Shown here: piece after piece, positions 19,192-30,360 of the stretch
Layout: each line of letters opens with the position of its first letter
How positions within the stretch are numbered: position 1 is the stretch's first letter
NCBI GenBank assembly: GCA_041744215.1
Contig: JBGTLG010000030.1
Span: forward strand, 98,971 to 162,970
Source of the DNA: Fimbriimonadales bacterium
Lineage (GTDB): Bacteria > Armatimonadota > Fimbriimonadia > Fimbriimonadales > ATM1
Direction: 5' to 3'
Length of the DNA stretch: 64,000 nucleotides
Translations under genes and position numbers: made by a program
Notes under the pieces: generated by a model
Databases searched by the model: none
Told to the model about the DNA's origin: nothing
The model's input: only the letters and a program-made list of their open reading frames with translations

Positions 19192-21902
19192 AAACTCTCC
19201 TCACCAAGAATAGACTCGAACACAGCTTGAACTTCTTTGTGACACTCATCCACAATTCTCAGTAGCTCATTGGCGCCACCCACCTTGACCCAATCCGCTA
19301 TCCTTGCGAGTTTGTCCGGGTTCTCAGGCAGGACGGAGTCAGAGTCTAGTTCGAGCAGGTACATCGCATTGCGCAAAAGAGAGAAGAGCTCATGCGCGCT
19401 CGTCAAGGTATCCCTCTCGAGAATTGTGATAGCGTTCTCGTCTGCCAGTCGCCTTAACGAGTGAACGGTTCCAGTGCAGTTCCGTGCTGAAGTGTGCGTT
19501 CTCAGTTTGAGCACAGCGGTCAACCACTCGATATCGAATAGCGATCCCGGACCTAACTTGAGATCACGTCCGGCTTCACTTGGCTGCGTCCGCTCAGCAT
19601 GTACGCGCTTTCGCATATGTGCAGCCTCCGCTTCATCCGGTGATGACCACGGCCGAGAATACGTTGCCTGCAACAACCGGTCTGTACTTTCCGAGCGCTT
19701 CCGGAGCGACCGTGCACGAGCGTACGCAAGGCGCTCCCAGGGCTCCATGGCCGAGTTAGCGTATTCAGTGAGGCCAGAGAGAGAGCGCACTATGAGGCCG
19801 CTACGACCTTCAGGACGCAGGCGCACATCAACAGGAAGGGGGCTCCCGATCCCAATCCGCCTCAAAACTCGCATCCACTCCTCACCCGCCCGCTCCACAG
19901 CAGGGTGGATATCGTCGCCATGTGCGAGGAGCATAACATCCCAATCGGAGCAGAGCAGCAATTCTTCCGCACCGTAGCTGCCGAGAGCAATGATATCGAC
20001 ATCCGAGCCGCCACATCTGTCCAGTAAGGACAAAAGCATCAAGTCTGTGGCTGCAGTTTGGAACTGGCTTGATCTCTTTGCGTCGCCGTGAAGTGCGAGT
20101 TTGACAGAAGCCGTGACTGAAAGGCGCCGCGCAAGCGCCCCGGCTGCAATATCCCACCGATCATCAGCAGTCTCAAGTTGTGCTCTCCAATGCGCGAGAA
20201 GTCGGACATCGTCTTCGGGCGTAAACTCAACTTCTTCGGAAAACGCGACATCCCACAGTTCGCTGTGAAAGGCAACTTCACTAACTACGCGTGGCGCGCG
20301 TTCAACCAGCAGCCTTACTCTGGCAGTAGTATCCGCATCCAGCGGTCCGTCTCTCTTTTGGTCCACATCTCCGCTCACTGCCGCAAGCAGCTTCGTCAGG
20401 GACTCAGCTTCTCGACTTCCCGCTGAGTACGAGAAGTCTCCAATCACCCGATTCGAGTATGCAGCGACCGAAGCGAGACGCGGAAAACGATCTACCAAAA
20501 TGCGTCGTACGATCGCCTTTCGCTTTCGCACCTCGCCGTCAAGCGTCGCCCAGTCAGGAAAGCGCATCAGCCGCGCGAGGACTGCCCGATCGCGGTCAGA
20601 TTTCGGGAGCGTGTGCGTGTGGAATGAGTGTGTCAGTTGGATTCGGTGTTCCACCTGCCTAAAGAACCGATAGGCTGCGGCGAGATCGGTTGACTCTTTT
20701 TCGCTGAGGGCACGAGCACGAAAAAGGTGTGCCGCCGCTGACATTGTAGACGCTCCGCGCAACGGCAAGTTTTCCCTTCCTGCGACGAGCTGGAGAGTCT
20801 GCACAACAAACTCGATGTCGCGAATACCACCGCTGCCGTGTTTTAGATTTCCATCAAAGTCCGATGCGGACGAGGCCTCCACTTCAGCGCGCATTTTCGT
20901 TTCAAGCAACGATTCGAAGAACCAATCGGATCTCGCGCCTTTGTAAAGATGTTGATTTGCGATCTCAAGGAACCGTTCGCCGAGTTTCAGTCCCCCAGCT
21001 ATCGGGCGCGCGCGGACAAGAGCTTGCAGTTCCCACGGCTCTGCGTAGTTCTCCAAATACCGACTCAATGCGCTGATTGTGTGGGCTACGGGCCCCGCTT
21101 TTCCAAATGGTCTGAGTCTTAGATCGATGCGATAAAGGTCGCCGCGCCCCATCTTGCCATTGAGAGCTCGCACGAACTTTTCGCAGAACCGTACCGTTCG
21201 ATCGACGTCTTCCGTGGCGTCATCAAGAACAAAGATAAGATCGATGTCAGAGGAGTAGTTCAGCTCTCTCGATCCATGCTTTCCCATTGCAACAACGCTC
21301 AAACACTCGGGATCAATACAGTCCTCGGAGGAACACGCGTCGAGGGCCGCTTGTAGCAACCCGTCTGCCAATTCAGACAGCTCGAGCCAAATCGACTCGG
21401 CGGGCAAATCACCGGATAGGTCATGCCATACAATCCTCGCGAGCGTTCGCTTCTGAAGAAACCGTAACTGATCCAACTTGTGGCTTAACGAGATCGCGGA
21501 CTTGAACAGACGTGTAGCTTCGTTCTTCACGTTCGCGGCTACGACAGGTTCGTACACATCGTGAGCATCGAAGAGAAGCGTAGCCGCGTCTGGATCGCGG
21601 ATCAATTCGTTGGAGACGACTTGGCTCGATGCGAAAACGGTGAGAAGGCGGACCGCGAGTGGCGGCGAGTCATCGATCGCCGCTGCGCGAGTCTCGTGAC
21701 TACCTCCTGATGTTAGCCATCTCTCAAAATTGGACAGCGCTCGATCTGGATCCGGGGTTGCCTCAATGATTGTACGAAGTCTTTGCCACATTCCTTCTCT
21801 GCCGAAGTCTCCAAAGCGACCTTTCAGCGCGTCGAGCCGCGTTGCATCGAACAGCGACTCCTCGGCAGAACGTTTAGGCACTGACGTAAGCACCCCGCAC
21901 AC
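19188..21902 (-). CDS. glnE: Bifunctional glutamine synthetase adenylyltransferase/adenylyl-removing enzyme
   Basis: Two nucleotidyltransferase repeats (MGKHGSRELNYSSDIDL; LGSYGAEELLLCSDWDV), DLRLRP, K.G.GGIRDIEF. Exact start uncertain. Confidence 0.9.
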   Translation of the reverse strand: MCGVLTSVPKRSAEESLFDATRLDALKGRFGDFGREGMWQRLRTIIEATPDPDRALSNFERWLTSGGSHETRAAAIDDSPPLAVRLLTVFASSQVVSNELIRDPDAATLLFDAHDVYEPVVAANVKNEATRLFKSAISLSHKLDQLRFLQKRTLARIVWHDLSGDLPAESIWLELSELADGLLQAALDACSSEDCIDPECLSVVAMGKHGSRELNYSSDIDLIFVLDDATEDVDRTVRFCEKFVRALNGKMGRGDLYRIDLRLRPFGKAGPVAHTISALSRYLENYAEPWELQALVRARPIAGGLKLGERFLEIANQHLYKGARSDWFFESLLETKMRAEVEASSASDFDGNLKHGSGGIRDIEFVVQTLQLVAGRENLPLRGASTMSAAAHLFRARALSEKESTDLAAAYRFFRQVEHRIQLTHSFHTHTLPKSDRDRAVLARLMRFPDWATLDGEVRKRKAIVRRILVDRFPRLASVAAYSNRVIGDFSYSAGSREAESLTKLLAAVSGDVDQKRDGPLDADTTARVRLLVERAPRVVSEVAFHSELWDVAFSEEVEFTPEDDVRLLAHWRAQLETADDRWDIAAGALARRLSVTASVKLALHGDAKRSSQFQTAATDLMLLSLLDRCGGSDVDIIALGSYGAEELLLCSDWDVMLLAHGDDIHPAVERAGEEWMRVLRRIGIGSPLPVDVRLRPEGRSGLIVRSLSGLTEYANSAMEPWERLAYARARSLRKRSESTDRLLQATYSRPWSSPDEAEAAHMRKRVHAERTQPSEAGRDLKLGPGSLFDIEWLTAVLKLRTHTSARNCTGTVHSLRRLADENAITILERDTLTSAHELFSLLRNAMYLLELDSDSVLPENPDKLARIADWVKVGGANELLRIVDECHKEVQAVFESILGEESL

Positions 21903-23202
21903 GGTCCACCCTCATCGGTGGGATGTAGTCACCATGGGCTTCGATAAGTTCAGTGACCATGCCCCAGATTTCGTCTATCGTAAGCTCAGCTGAGGTGTGT
22001 GGGTCAAGCAGTGCCGCCTGGTAGACGTAATCCTGAATTCCTGTGAGCGCAGCCTCAACGGTGAGGGACTGCACGTTCACGTTCGTCATAATCATCGCAG
22101 CAAGTTGAGGAGGCAACGCTCCGATCCGCGTCGGCTGAATCCCGTTCTTGTCGACGAGGCATGGCACTTCAACGCAGCACTCTCGGGGCAGATTGTCAAT
22201 AAGTCCGTCATTCGGAACGTTACCATAAACGACGCGGGGAACACCGCTCTCCATCGAATGCATGATCAGCGAGCCGTACTCACTTGTGCGCACATGTTTG
22301 AGTGGATCGTCGCCCTCATACTCAACGCGTCGATTCTCCCAGACTGCCAATATGTCTTCGCAGCGGCGAATGTATTCATCGAGCGGAATGTTAAACGCTT
22401 CAATCAAATCTGGACGGTCGCGCCGAATGAAGTGATTGCAATATTCGCTAAAGTGTTCGCTACTCTCAGTAACAAAGTATCCGAGTCGTGTGAGCATTTC
22501 ATATCTCACACGGTTGTTCTCTGGATCCGTACCTTGCTCTGCGATCTTCATCAGTTCAGGGTACAGATCCCGTCCCTTGTGCGTGAACCGGAGATAGAAT
22601 GCGAGATGGTTGATGCCAGCACACAGGTAATCAATCTCATCCGCAGGTACACCGAGATCACGCGCCAACTCCCTTGCCGTTCCCTGAACGCTGTGGCAAA
22701 GCCCCACGGCCCGGATGTTTGTTGCTCGTGCGATCGCCCAGCAATTCATTGCCATTGGGTTTACGTATTGCAGCATGAGCGCGTTAGGGCATAGTTCCTC
22801 CATGTCTTTGCAGATGTCGAGGAGCACAGGAATCGTCCGCAGTCCCCTCATGATCCCACCAATGCCGGTAGTGTCCGCTATAGTTTGTCGAAGTCCGTAC
22901 TTTTTCGGGATCTCGAAGTCGATAACTGTGGCGGGCCTGTATCCGCCCACCTGAATCGCAGTGATAACATAGTCCGCGCCGTCAAGCGCTGCTCGCCGGT
23001 CTTCGGTTGCCATAATCGTTGGGTTGGAACCGGTTGCCTCTGCCAGTTTTTCGGTCATCCGCTTCGCGGTGTACAGCCGATCCGGGTCGATGTCCATCAG
23101 CCGAATGTCCGAAGATTGAAACTCCTCGAACAGAAGTGTATCGCCGATAAGGCTCTTCGCAAAAACGACCGATCCGGCGCCAATGAGAGCAATCCTTGGC
23201 AT
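21874..23202 (-). CDS. melA: Family 4 glycoside hydrolase (NAD+/Mn2+-dependent alpha-galactosidase type)
   Basis: IGAGSVVF, DFEIPKKYG, YVNPMA, GLCHSVQ, AGINH, TESSEH. Confidence 0.88.
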   Translation of the reverse strand: MPRIALIGAGSVVFAKSLIGDTLLFEEFQSSDIRLMDIDPDRLYTAKRMTEKLAEATGSNPTIMATEDRRAALDGADYVITAIQVGGYRPATVIDFEIPKKYGLRQTIADTTGIGGIMRGLRTIPVLLDICKDMEELCPNALMLQYVNPMAMNCWAIARATNIRAVGLCHSVQGTARELARDLGVPADEIDYLCAGINHLAFYLRFTHKGRDLYPELMKIAEQGTDPENNRVRYEMLTRLGYFVTESSEHFSEYCNHFIRRDRPDLIEAFNIPLDEYIRRCEDILAVWENRRVEYEGDDPLKHVRTSEYGSLIMHSMESGVPRVVYGNVPNDGLIDNLPRECCVEVPCLVDKNGIQPTRIGALPPQLAAMIMTNVNVQSLTVEAALTGIQDYVYQAALLDPHTSAELTIDEIWGMVTELIEAHGDYIPPMRVDRVRGAYVSA

Positions 23203-23211
23203 TATCGGAGT

Positions 23212-25971
23212 CTACCGCTTGGCCACGTTGAGCCACATGATGCTCCGGCGCAAGCCGTACTTGAGAATAAAGCCCACGTCGTCGTGGTCGCCCATCGGAG
23301 CTTCTTCTATGCCCAGGCCGCGATAACCGACTTGGAGGTTGTTGTCTGTCGCACCCTGCGCGCCGTCAACCCATCGATATGACCACAGCACGTCGTTGTC
23401 ATACCAACAGGCGGCGGAGTCGCTCCGCGAGTTCGTCCATTCATCGTAGTAGCGCTTAACAAGCCATCCGCCACGAACGGTCTTATCCGCGATCTGATGT
23501 GCTACATATTGCTGGGTCCACGGAGCGTCCTTGTTGGTCCGAAGCCCAGGACCAAAGACGTAGACTCGCCCACCAGCGCCAGCATCCTCGGAATCATCAA
23601 AGAGCGGAAGTAAACGTCCGCTGCCACGGGCATTGCCCTCCTCCCCTTCAACCCACTCGAAGCGATTCTCTCGGAACACCTCACCATCAAAATCGCACCA
23701 ACGTACTTGCCACCGAGAGGTCTTCGCCTCACTTTGATCCTGCGTAGTTGCAAAGATAACTTGGTTGGTCTTCGTATCGACGCAGAATCCAGGCGCAGTC
23801 TTGCTATTGAATGGCAGTGAGCGCGCCTCAGACCATTCCTGACCTCCGAGAAAGACCGAGTACTCCAGCTCGCCGTTGTCTTTATGGAGAACTACGATCG
23901 CCTTATCCTTGACAACTCCGCACGTCACGCGTCTCCCCGTTGAGTCAGGAAGGATTCCTGAGTTGCCCGGCTCGGTACCGAACAACTCCTGCCACTTAAT
24001 CCCTTTGCTCGTTGGTGCCAACACCATGTAGCTTTCTCCGAGCGACATTCCACATGGATCCCCTATCACTTCCTTTCCCCAAATGGTGTGAGGTCCGTCC
24101 CAAGACGTCCCCGCTGTGTGGAACATCGCAACGAGCGATCCCGGATTCTCTTCCGAAACAGTTGCAGGTTCGCCGGGCTTCGGCTCCGTGGGGAGCTGTG
24201 CGAAGAGATTTACCGCACGACCCGCGTGAACGAACAGCCACGGAGACGAGTGGGCCTTCGCGACGGTCTGCCGGGTACCTGCGTGTGTGCTGTACCCATA
24301 GTTGATGTCCGCACGTATGTTTCGTTCTCCGAAAACCCCGTTCCAGTTCCAATCGATGAGCGTTGTGTCCCCGTTCGGCTGCAGACGGAACCGATAAGGG
24401 CCCTTTTCGAGGAACTTGACCACTTCGTAAGGAAACGGAAGGACCTCGTCGAGTTGAGTCTCGCGGATGACGTACGAAGCTAATGCACCTCGGCTGTAGT
24501 GGATCGCGGATCCTTTGTCATCGAACGAGTAGCTGTACGCATAGCTCATCAGGCTCGTGTACGTTGGGCAGTGGCTTGGCCCCCAATGCCCAGTGTGATC
24601 CAAGCCGAGCTGGTGGCCAAACTCGTGTGCGAACACCGCGAACATTGACGCATCTCCGACTGCGCCCATATCGCCCATCTGGTTGGCTTGTCCGCCGCCG
24701 CCTTTCGTTATGTGCATCCAGTGAGCAATTCCGCGGTGCTCTTGCGGCATTGTCTCTCGCCCGACCTGAGGCCATCCCTTTCCTTTTACGCTTTCCAGGG
24801 ATGTTGGCTCGAGGTAGATCAAGTGCAAAAACACTCCCTGGGTCAGGTTCAGATTTTCGACCGGCAGATCCCGGTAGAACTGGCGCACGCGTTCAAGCTC
24901 CTTTTTTGCCCTCTCTTCGTCGACGTTCTCGTTTCGTTGGATGTAGCAAATGACATCGGGCTGCAAGGGTGAACAGCCCAACGCCTTCAGATCGAGCCCG
25001 CGGTAACCTCTGATCTCCCAGCCATCGAGTAATCCGTCGTTGTCCGTATCGCGGTCCCATGGATCAGTCCCTAGCAACTGCTCTTCTGCGTTGGTAAGGC
25101 CGTCACGATCCCAGTCGTCGTCCCCGGGGGAGAGTGAAAAGAGCACTTCGATGTCCCAGGATTCATGCTTTCGAGACCCATATCGGATTTTGACTAGGTC
25201 GCTGCGACCGTCTCCGTCCATGTCGCCGGTACGCAACACATAGGGCTCTTCCTCATCTGCAAGGCCCTTTAGTGGAATCGCCTCTGCGCCCTCAAGCAAG
25301 TGGCCCCCGGCAATGACTCTTCCTTCCCAAAGACAAACCGGCTCCCCCGGATCGCCGTTACGCAAAATCCGGTGGTCTAAAAGCCTCGGGCCATAGGAGC
25401 GGAGCTCTCCACCAGCCATCTGAACGATCCATCGTTTTCCGTCGAACTCGAACCATCTGACTCCGGCGGGCAGTGCTATGTCGACCTTTTGCGGCTCGTT
25501 GTCAAAGATGAATCTGAGTCCCGCACCGGACTTAGACGAGATGACTGTAAACCCCTTGCGCGATATACCCATCACCGGCTCAAGGAGCGGTGGATCGAAA
25601 CGATGAACTTCCGTCACTACCTGATACTTAGCACCCTCCATAGTGTGCGCCACTCGAACGGAGCCATCCGCAAAGACAGCGGCGACGTCTCCTCCCTGGG
25701 TTCCCAGAAACTCGCCTGCTGTCGCGGCCAAGCAATCCGGCCCAAAGTTGGTTCGCGCTTGGACTCCAAACGCAGGCTTCTGCCCGTCAACATTCCGCGA
25801 CACGTCAATGATCCCGCCTCCGGGCGGGTAAACACAGAGTAAATCGGCTAGGCCGTCGCCATCCGCGTCAGCAACCAGAGGAATTCTTGGAGGCGCGGCG
25901 AAATTGAACGCAATCAGCTGCGGCGGAGTAAAGAACTGAGTCGTAGCAGCAAGCACGAGGACGGAGACCAT
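23212..25971 (-). CDS. Secreted multidomain metzincin-type zinc metalloprotease with FG-GAP/VCBS and Ca-binding repeats
   Basis: [27 protein letters not shown]...[23 protein letters not shown] and Met-turn SLMSY. Confidence 0.7.
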   Translation of the reverse strand: MVSVLVLAATTQFFTPPQLIAFNFAAPPRIPLVADADGDGLADLLCVYPPGGGIIDVSRNVDGQKPAFGVQARTNFGPDCLAATAGEFLGTQGGDVAAVFADGSVRVAHTMEGAKYQVVTEVHRFDPPLLEPVMGISRKGFTVISSKSGAGLRFIFDNEPQKVDIALPAGVRWFEFDGKRWIVQMAGGELRSYGPRLLDHRILRNGDPGEPVCLWEGRVIAGGHLLEGAEAIPLKGLADEEEPYVLRTGDMDGDGRSDLVKIRYGSRKHESWDIEVLFSLSPGDDDWDRDGLTNAEEQLLGTDPWDRDTDNDGLLDGWEIRGYRGLDLKALGCSPLQPDVICYIQRNENVDEERAKKELERVRQFYRDLPVENLNLTQGVFLHLIYLEPTSLESVKGKGWPQVGRETMPQEHRGIAHWMHITKGGGGQANQMGDMGAVGDASMFAVFAHEFGHQLGLDHTGHWGPSHCPTYTSLMSYAYSYSFDDKGSAIHYSRGALASYVIRETQLDEVLPFPYEVVKFLEKGPYRFRLQPNGDTTLIDWNWNGVFGERNIRADINYGYSTHAGTRQTVAKAHSSPWLFVHAGRAVNLFAQLPTEPKPGEPATVSEENPGSLVAMFHTAGTSWDGPHTIWGKEVIGDPCGMSLGESYMVLAPTSKGIKWQELFGTEPGNSGILPDSTGRRVTCGVVKDKAIVVLHKDNGELEYSVFLGGQEWSEARSLPFNSKTAPGFCVDTKTNQVIFATTQDQSEAKTSRWQVRWCDFDGEVFRENRFEWVEGEEGNARGSGRLLPLFDDSEDAGAGGRVYVFGPGLRTNKDAPWTQQYVAHQIADKTVRGGWLVKRYYDEWTNSRSDSAACWYDNDVLWSYRWVDGAQGATDNNLQVGYRGLGIEEAPMGDHDDVGFILKYGLRRSIMWLNVAKR

Positions 25972-25983
25972 TGGAGACGCATT

Positions 25984-26880
25984 GTGGACGATAGAGACCT
26001 CATCGATGAGGTTTCAGACCAGCGGCGCCCCGTTAACATTCCGTTAACGGAATCGACCCCACAATCAGCAGTGGAGCCCGCCGCGGTCGTAGATGACGTA
26101 ACCCTGCCGCCCTCCTACCCGGTCGAGGAGACCAAAGTCCGGGCAGCCGAGGTCGACTTTTTCTACGGCACGTTCCAAGCGCTCAAGTCGGTCTCAATCG
26201 ACATCCCGAAGAACAGGATCACCGCCCTGATCGGGCCCTCCGGCTGTGGCAAGACGACCTTCCTCCGCTGCATCAATCGTATGAACGATCTGATCGACGG
26301 CACCAAATTGCTTGGCAAGATCGAGCTGGACGGAAAGGACATATATGATCGCTCTATTGACGTCGTGCACCTGCGCAAGCGGGTTGGGATGGTGTTTCAG
26401 CGCCCGAATCCATTTCCGATGTCGATCTTCGATAACATGGCGTACGGGCCCCGCCTGCACGGCATCCGTAGGCGCGGCGATCTCGAAGACCTCGTTGAGA
26501 AGTGTCTGCGCCGCGCGTTTCTATGGGAGGAGGTCAAAGATAAGCTCCATGAGCCAGGAACTAATCTCTCTGGCGGCCAGCAGCAACGACTATGCATAGC
26601 ACGCGTCTTGACAGTAGAGCCGGACGTAATCTTAATGGATGAGCCTTGTTCAGCGCTCGACCCAGTTGCCACTTCGAAGATCGAGGACTTGATGATGGAG
26701 TTGCGTGACGAGTACACGGTCATCATCGTGACGCACAATATGCAGCAAGCTCAGAGAGCGAGCGACTACACTGGCTTCTTTCTTCTTGGCGAGTTAGTCG
26801 AGTTTCAAGGAACATCGAATCTTTTCGTTGTGCCTCAGAAGAAGGAAACAGAGGACTACATTAGCGGCCGTTTCGGTTGA
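25984..26880 (+). CDS. pstB: Phosphate ABC transporter ATP-binding protein
   Basis: [48 protein letters not shown]-terminal YISGRFG. Confidence 0.96.
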   Translation: MDDRDLIDEVSDQRRPVNIPLTESTPQSAVEPAAVVDDVTLPPSYPVEETKVRAAEVDFFYGTFQALKSVSIDIPKNRITALIGPSGCGKTTFLRCINRMNDLIDGTKLLGKIELDGKDIYDRSIDVVHLRKRVGMVFQRPNPFPMSIFDNMAYGPRLHGIRRRGDLEDLVEKCLRRAFLWEEVKDKLHEPGTNLSGGQQQRLCIARVLTVEPDVILMDEPCSALDPVATSKIEDLMMELRDEYTVIIVTHNMQQAQRASDYTGFFLLGELVEFQGTSNLFVVPQKKETEDYISGRFG

Positions 26881-29188
26881 GCTTGTCGCCATCTGCTCGC
26901 ATTCGCTCTATGGCCTTGTTAACTTCTTGAATGTGGTTTTGAGGAAGCTGTGAGAATTCGACCGGTTTCATCGTCCCGAACGGCCAGGATTCCGCGAACG
27001 AATACTCCATTCCGAGTTCGCCAGCAGAAAACTGAAGTTTGATCCATCGATTAACCATCGGCACGTACTTCGCCTCTGGTGCTTCCCGGACCTCGTCTTC
27101 TTCCCACCAATCCTCAAAATCTTCAGGGAACCTTCTCATGTACTCCCGCCAGGCTACACTTTCGATATCCTCAAAGAAGGTCCTCGCTTCTTCTGACGAC
27201 CCGACGGTGGACACGAATGCGGGAAAGTCTTTGGCAAGGAGCCGAATAACACCGTCTGCCGGAAGCCCCTGCGGAAGAGCCACGGTCGCCTCATCCAGGC
27301 CGGCGATAGAATAGTCCGAGGTGCCGATCAGAGATTCGAGTGCGGACTTTAGATAAAGCCGTGCGTAGTAATCGGAATCATCGATGTCGCCCTCAGACTC
27401 CTCCTCGTCCCCGTGATCATGCATATCCTCGAGGTCTTCTTCGTCTTCGTCCCAGCCCGTAAGTTCGAAGAGGTAGTTTGGTTGACCCTGCTGGAAGAAG
27501 AGGCGCTCCAGTAAGGCTCTCTCCCGAATTCCAAGTGCAGAATACGGCAGGCTTCCCGTGCGCTCGAGCTGGAGCTTGAGATGGGCAGGCAGAGTCTTCC
27601 AGAACACCAGGGCCAAGTTTGCTTCAACATCGCCGTAGCCTACGCTGTAGCCCTCATCAGCGCCCCAGGTTTCCCGGTCCTCGCTCACCAGCGCGATGGC
27701 CCAGCAAGCGACCCCCAAAACGTCATCCCAAGGCAAAGCGTTGGACGAGACTAACAACGCAAGTCGATCCAGATCCCCCTGTCTCCATTCGTGCATCGAC
27801 CGCAGGAACGCTGCTTCAGCAGTTAAGTCAAGCGCGTTACGCGACTCTCGAAGCGGATACTTCGCCGTGAGGACACACCAGCCATCTTTGGTCTCGGCGC
27901 CGTGATTGAACTCCAACCCTCCGAGAATCATTGAAGGCATCGGGCGCTCATCCTCGGTTTCCGATGAGTAGTCATAGTAGAGCGGAAGGCGCAGCGCGAG
28001 ACTGAGCCCCTTTGTTCGACCCATATGATGCAGGTGATCCGATACATCGAAGGAGTGTCGATGGTGCTTGTCAGGCGACGAGAGCGCCTCCCTCACTTCT
28101 GGCGGCAGATCACGACCTCGCAATTCCCAGGACCGGCGCTTACCATCGGCTGTTGGAATTCGACCAGAGATTGTTCCGATCTGAGCGGAGATGGGCCGCA
28201 TCTCCGCAGTCGTTTCTTCGCTACCCGGCACGTACTGCTGTTGCACTACGCACCAACAATCGACGCCGTGTGTACGTGGTGTTTCCGAAGTTGCTTCAAG
28301 GTGAAGGTAGTGCGTCTCGGCCTGCGCGACGTCTCCCATGGCCGCGTACTCAAGAACTAGCCTCGCCTCGTAGGTTGGGTAAGAGTCCCGCTCCCAGGAC
28401 TTCCTCACGAAGAGGAATGCCTCTAAGATCGGCCCCTTGTCTACAAACATTTGCCCGAAACCGTCTCTTGAGCCGTAGCCCGTGTCCAACGCTCGGCGGA
28501 GCTTCGCCTGCTCTGCCTCGAAAATCGTAAGGGTTGCCCTCATGCCAGGATTGAATGGACGCTGGAATCTGCGAGGATTCAACGAGTAGACCACCCCGGA
28601 GAAATCCGGATACGCCATGAGTTCGGTCGTTGGCACGTGTGCGAGCAATCGCGCTGTTGCGCGGGCTATAGGAGTACTCCTACGAGCCTCGTGTTCGGAG
28701 CGAGCGAACTCGCCCCTTGCTATGCCACCCTCCAGGTCAGGCGAGTTGAGTAAGGCTTCCAAGCTTCGCATAACCGAGGCCTTCTTCTCCGCTTCCGATT
28801 CGTCGAACGGTTTTGCGTCGCCAGCGTCGCTTAGCAACCGGACCTTCGCAGAGTCAATCGCAATTCGCAGCTTCTCCCTCTCCGCACGCTCCATTTGCGC
28901 TACCAGCGAAGGTCGCCTTGTAAGTACCAGCGCGTCCAGTTCCGCCACCCACTCGCCTGCTACTGCGTCCGCAAGCTTTTCTAGGACTTCAGCAACCGGG
29001 CGTGCCCTAACAGACAGCAGGACCACTTCCCTTTGTAACTCGCGAGAAACCCGAAGCTGACGATCAGTCACCTCTGAGAGTCTCGGGATGAGGTGAATCA
29101 GCTGGCTTGCCGGCTCCTCGAAGGTAAGTTCGTCAACCGCGTGCTGGGCCGAACCAAGAGCGATCAGTGTCGATAAGAGAACGAGCAT
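26861..29188 (-). CDS. Hypothetical exported protein with an acidic low-complexity insert
   Basis: 775-aa ORF, N-terminal signal-peptide-like segment, D/E-rich stretch [27 protein letters not shown]. Confidence 0.7.
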   Translation of the reverse strand: MLVLLSTLIALGSAQHAVDELTFEEPASQLIHLIPRLSEVTDRQLRVSRELQREVVLLSVRARPVAEVLEKLADAVAGEWVAELDALVLTRRPSLVAQMERAEREKLRIAIDSAKVRLLSDAGDAKPFDESEAEKKASVMRSLEALLNSPDLEGGIARGEFARSEHEARRSTPIARATARLLAHVPTTELMAYPDFSGVVYSLNPRRFQRPFNPGMRATLTIFEAEQAKLRRALDTGYGSRDGFGQMFVDKGPILEAFLFVRKSWERDSYPTYEARLVLEYAAMGDVAQAETHYLHLEATSETPRTHGVDCWCVVQQQYVPGSEETTAEMRPISAQIGTISGRIPTADGKRRSWELRGRDLPPEVREALSSPDKHHRHSFDVSDHLHHMGRTKGLSLALRLPLYYDYSSETEDERPMPSMILGGLEFNHGAETKDGWCVLTAKYPLRESRNALDLTAEAAFLRSMHEWRQGDLDRLALLVSSNALPWDDVLGVACWAIALVSEDRETWGADEGYSVGYGDVEANLALVFWKTLPAHLKLQLERTGSLPYSALGIRERALLERLFFQQGQPNYLFELTGWDEDEEDLEDMHDHGDEEESEGDIDDSDYYARLYLKSALESLIGTSDYSIAGLDEATVALPQGLPADGVIRLLAKDFPAFVSTVGSSEEARTFFEDIESVAWREYMRRFPEDFEDWWEEDEVREAPEAKYVPMVNRWIKLQFSAGELGMEYSFAESWPFGTMKPVEFSQLPQNHIQEVNKAIERMRADGDKLNRNGR

Positions 29189-29248
29189 AACATAGTGCCT
29201 CGCCTATCAGTATAACAGTTGGATTCCAATGTTAACGCTGCAGAGTGG

Positions 29249-30355
29249 CTATAGCCCAAAAACGTGGACAGGCGAGCCGAAAACTTCTGGATTTACCTCC
29301 ACACCCAGCCCGGGCTTTAGCGAGGCCGCCAGTTGGCCGCCCTGGCGATTGGGTCCTCCCGATGCAGTTCGCACGGTGACGTAGCTATTGAAATCGGTGC
29401 TTGAGAAGAGCATGCCCTGCGGTGTGCTGTGCGCAAGATGCGCGATCGCTGCCGTAGCGATGTCGCTGCCCCATGTGTCCTCGATGGTTACACCGATCCC
29501 AAGCGAGGTACAGAGGTCGCGTGCCTGCCGAGCCCCAGTCAAGCCGCCGAACTTCGCAATCTTGATGTTGACGACGTCCATCGCCCGATCCGAAATTGCG
29601 CGCACCAACATGGGAACCGAATCCAGCACTTCGTCGAGGATGAATGGACGGATTGTTTTCTCGCGCACCGTGCGGCACTCTTCATACGTCGCGCATGGCT
29701 GCTCAATGTATACATCTTCGTCGCCGACCGCGGCAACGACACGAAGCGCGTCATGCAATGTCCAACCGGTATTGGCGTCTGCAACCAGCACTTCACCTTT
29801 ATCAAGAACTTTTCTAATCTCACGAATCCGCGCGATATCTTCCTCTGGATTTCCACCCACTTTCAGCTGAAACTTCTTGTATCCCTCCTCGCGGTAGGTA
29901 GCCACTTTCGCGATCATCTTGCCCGTCGACTCCTGCGAGATTGCACGGTACAGGTCAAACGCGTCCCCGTATCTGCCGCCGAAAAGCACGCAAAGCGGCA
30001 ACCTGCACTTCTGACCCAGGATGTCCCAACATGCGATGTCAATCGGAGCCTTGGCGTATGGATGGCCCTTCAGAAGGCTGTCCATTGTTTCTCTAACGCG
30101 CTCTAGTTCTAGCGGGTCACTTCCCAGCAATCCGGGGGCTATCTCAGCGAGTGCAGCTATTGCTCCCGTCGCGAATGCAGGGAGATAAACAGATCCTAGC
30201 GGGCAACATTCGCCCCAGCCTGTGACTCCCTGGTCGGTGTCAACCGAAACAATCACTGAGTCAAACGTCGAGACCGACTTTCCACCAGACCAATTGTAAC
30301 TCCCTTCGACAAGCGGAAGCTTTACTTGGTATACGCTAATCCGAGTGATTCGCAC
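29249..30355 (-). CDS. Enolase-superfamily (MLE subgroup) enzyme, cis-3-hydroxy-L-proline dehydratase-like
   Basis: ECCPLGSVYLP, GHPYAKAPIDIACWD, LYRAISQ, FQLKVGG, DANTGW, EQPC, EDTWG, TDFNSY. Confidence 0.85.
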   Translation of the reverse strand: MRITRISVYQVKLPLVEGSYNWSGGKSVSTFDSVIVSVDTDQGVTGWGECCPLGSVYLPAFATGAIAALAEIAPGLLGSDPLELERVRETMDSLLKGHPYAKAPIDIACWDILGQKCRLPLCVLFGGRYGDAFDLYRAISQESTGKMIAKVATYREEGYKKFQLKVGGNPEEDIARIREIRKVLDKGEVLVADANTGWTLHDALRVVAAVGDEDVYIEQPCATYEECRTVREKTIRPFILDEVLDSVPMLVRAISDRAMDVVNIKIAKFGGLTGARQARDLCTSLGIGVTIEDTWGSDIATAAIAHLAHSTPQGMLFSSTDFNSYVTVRTASGGPNRQGGQLAASLKPGLGVEVNPEVFGSPVHVFGL

Positions 30356-30360
30356 GTTTA

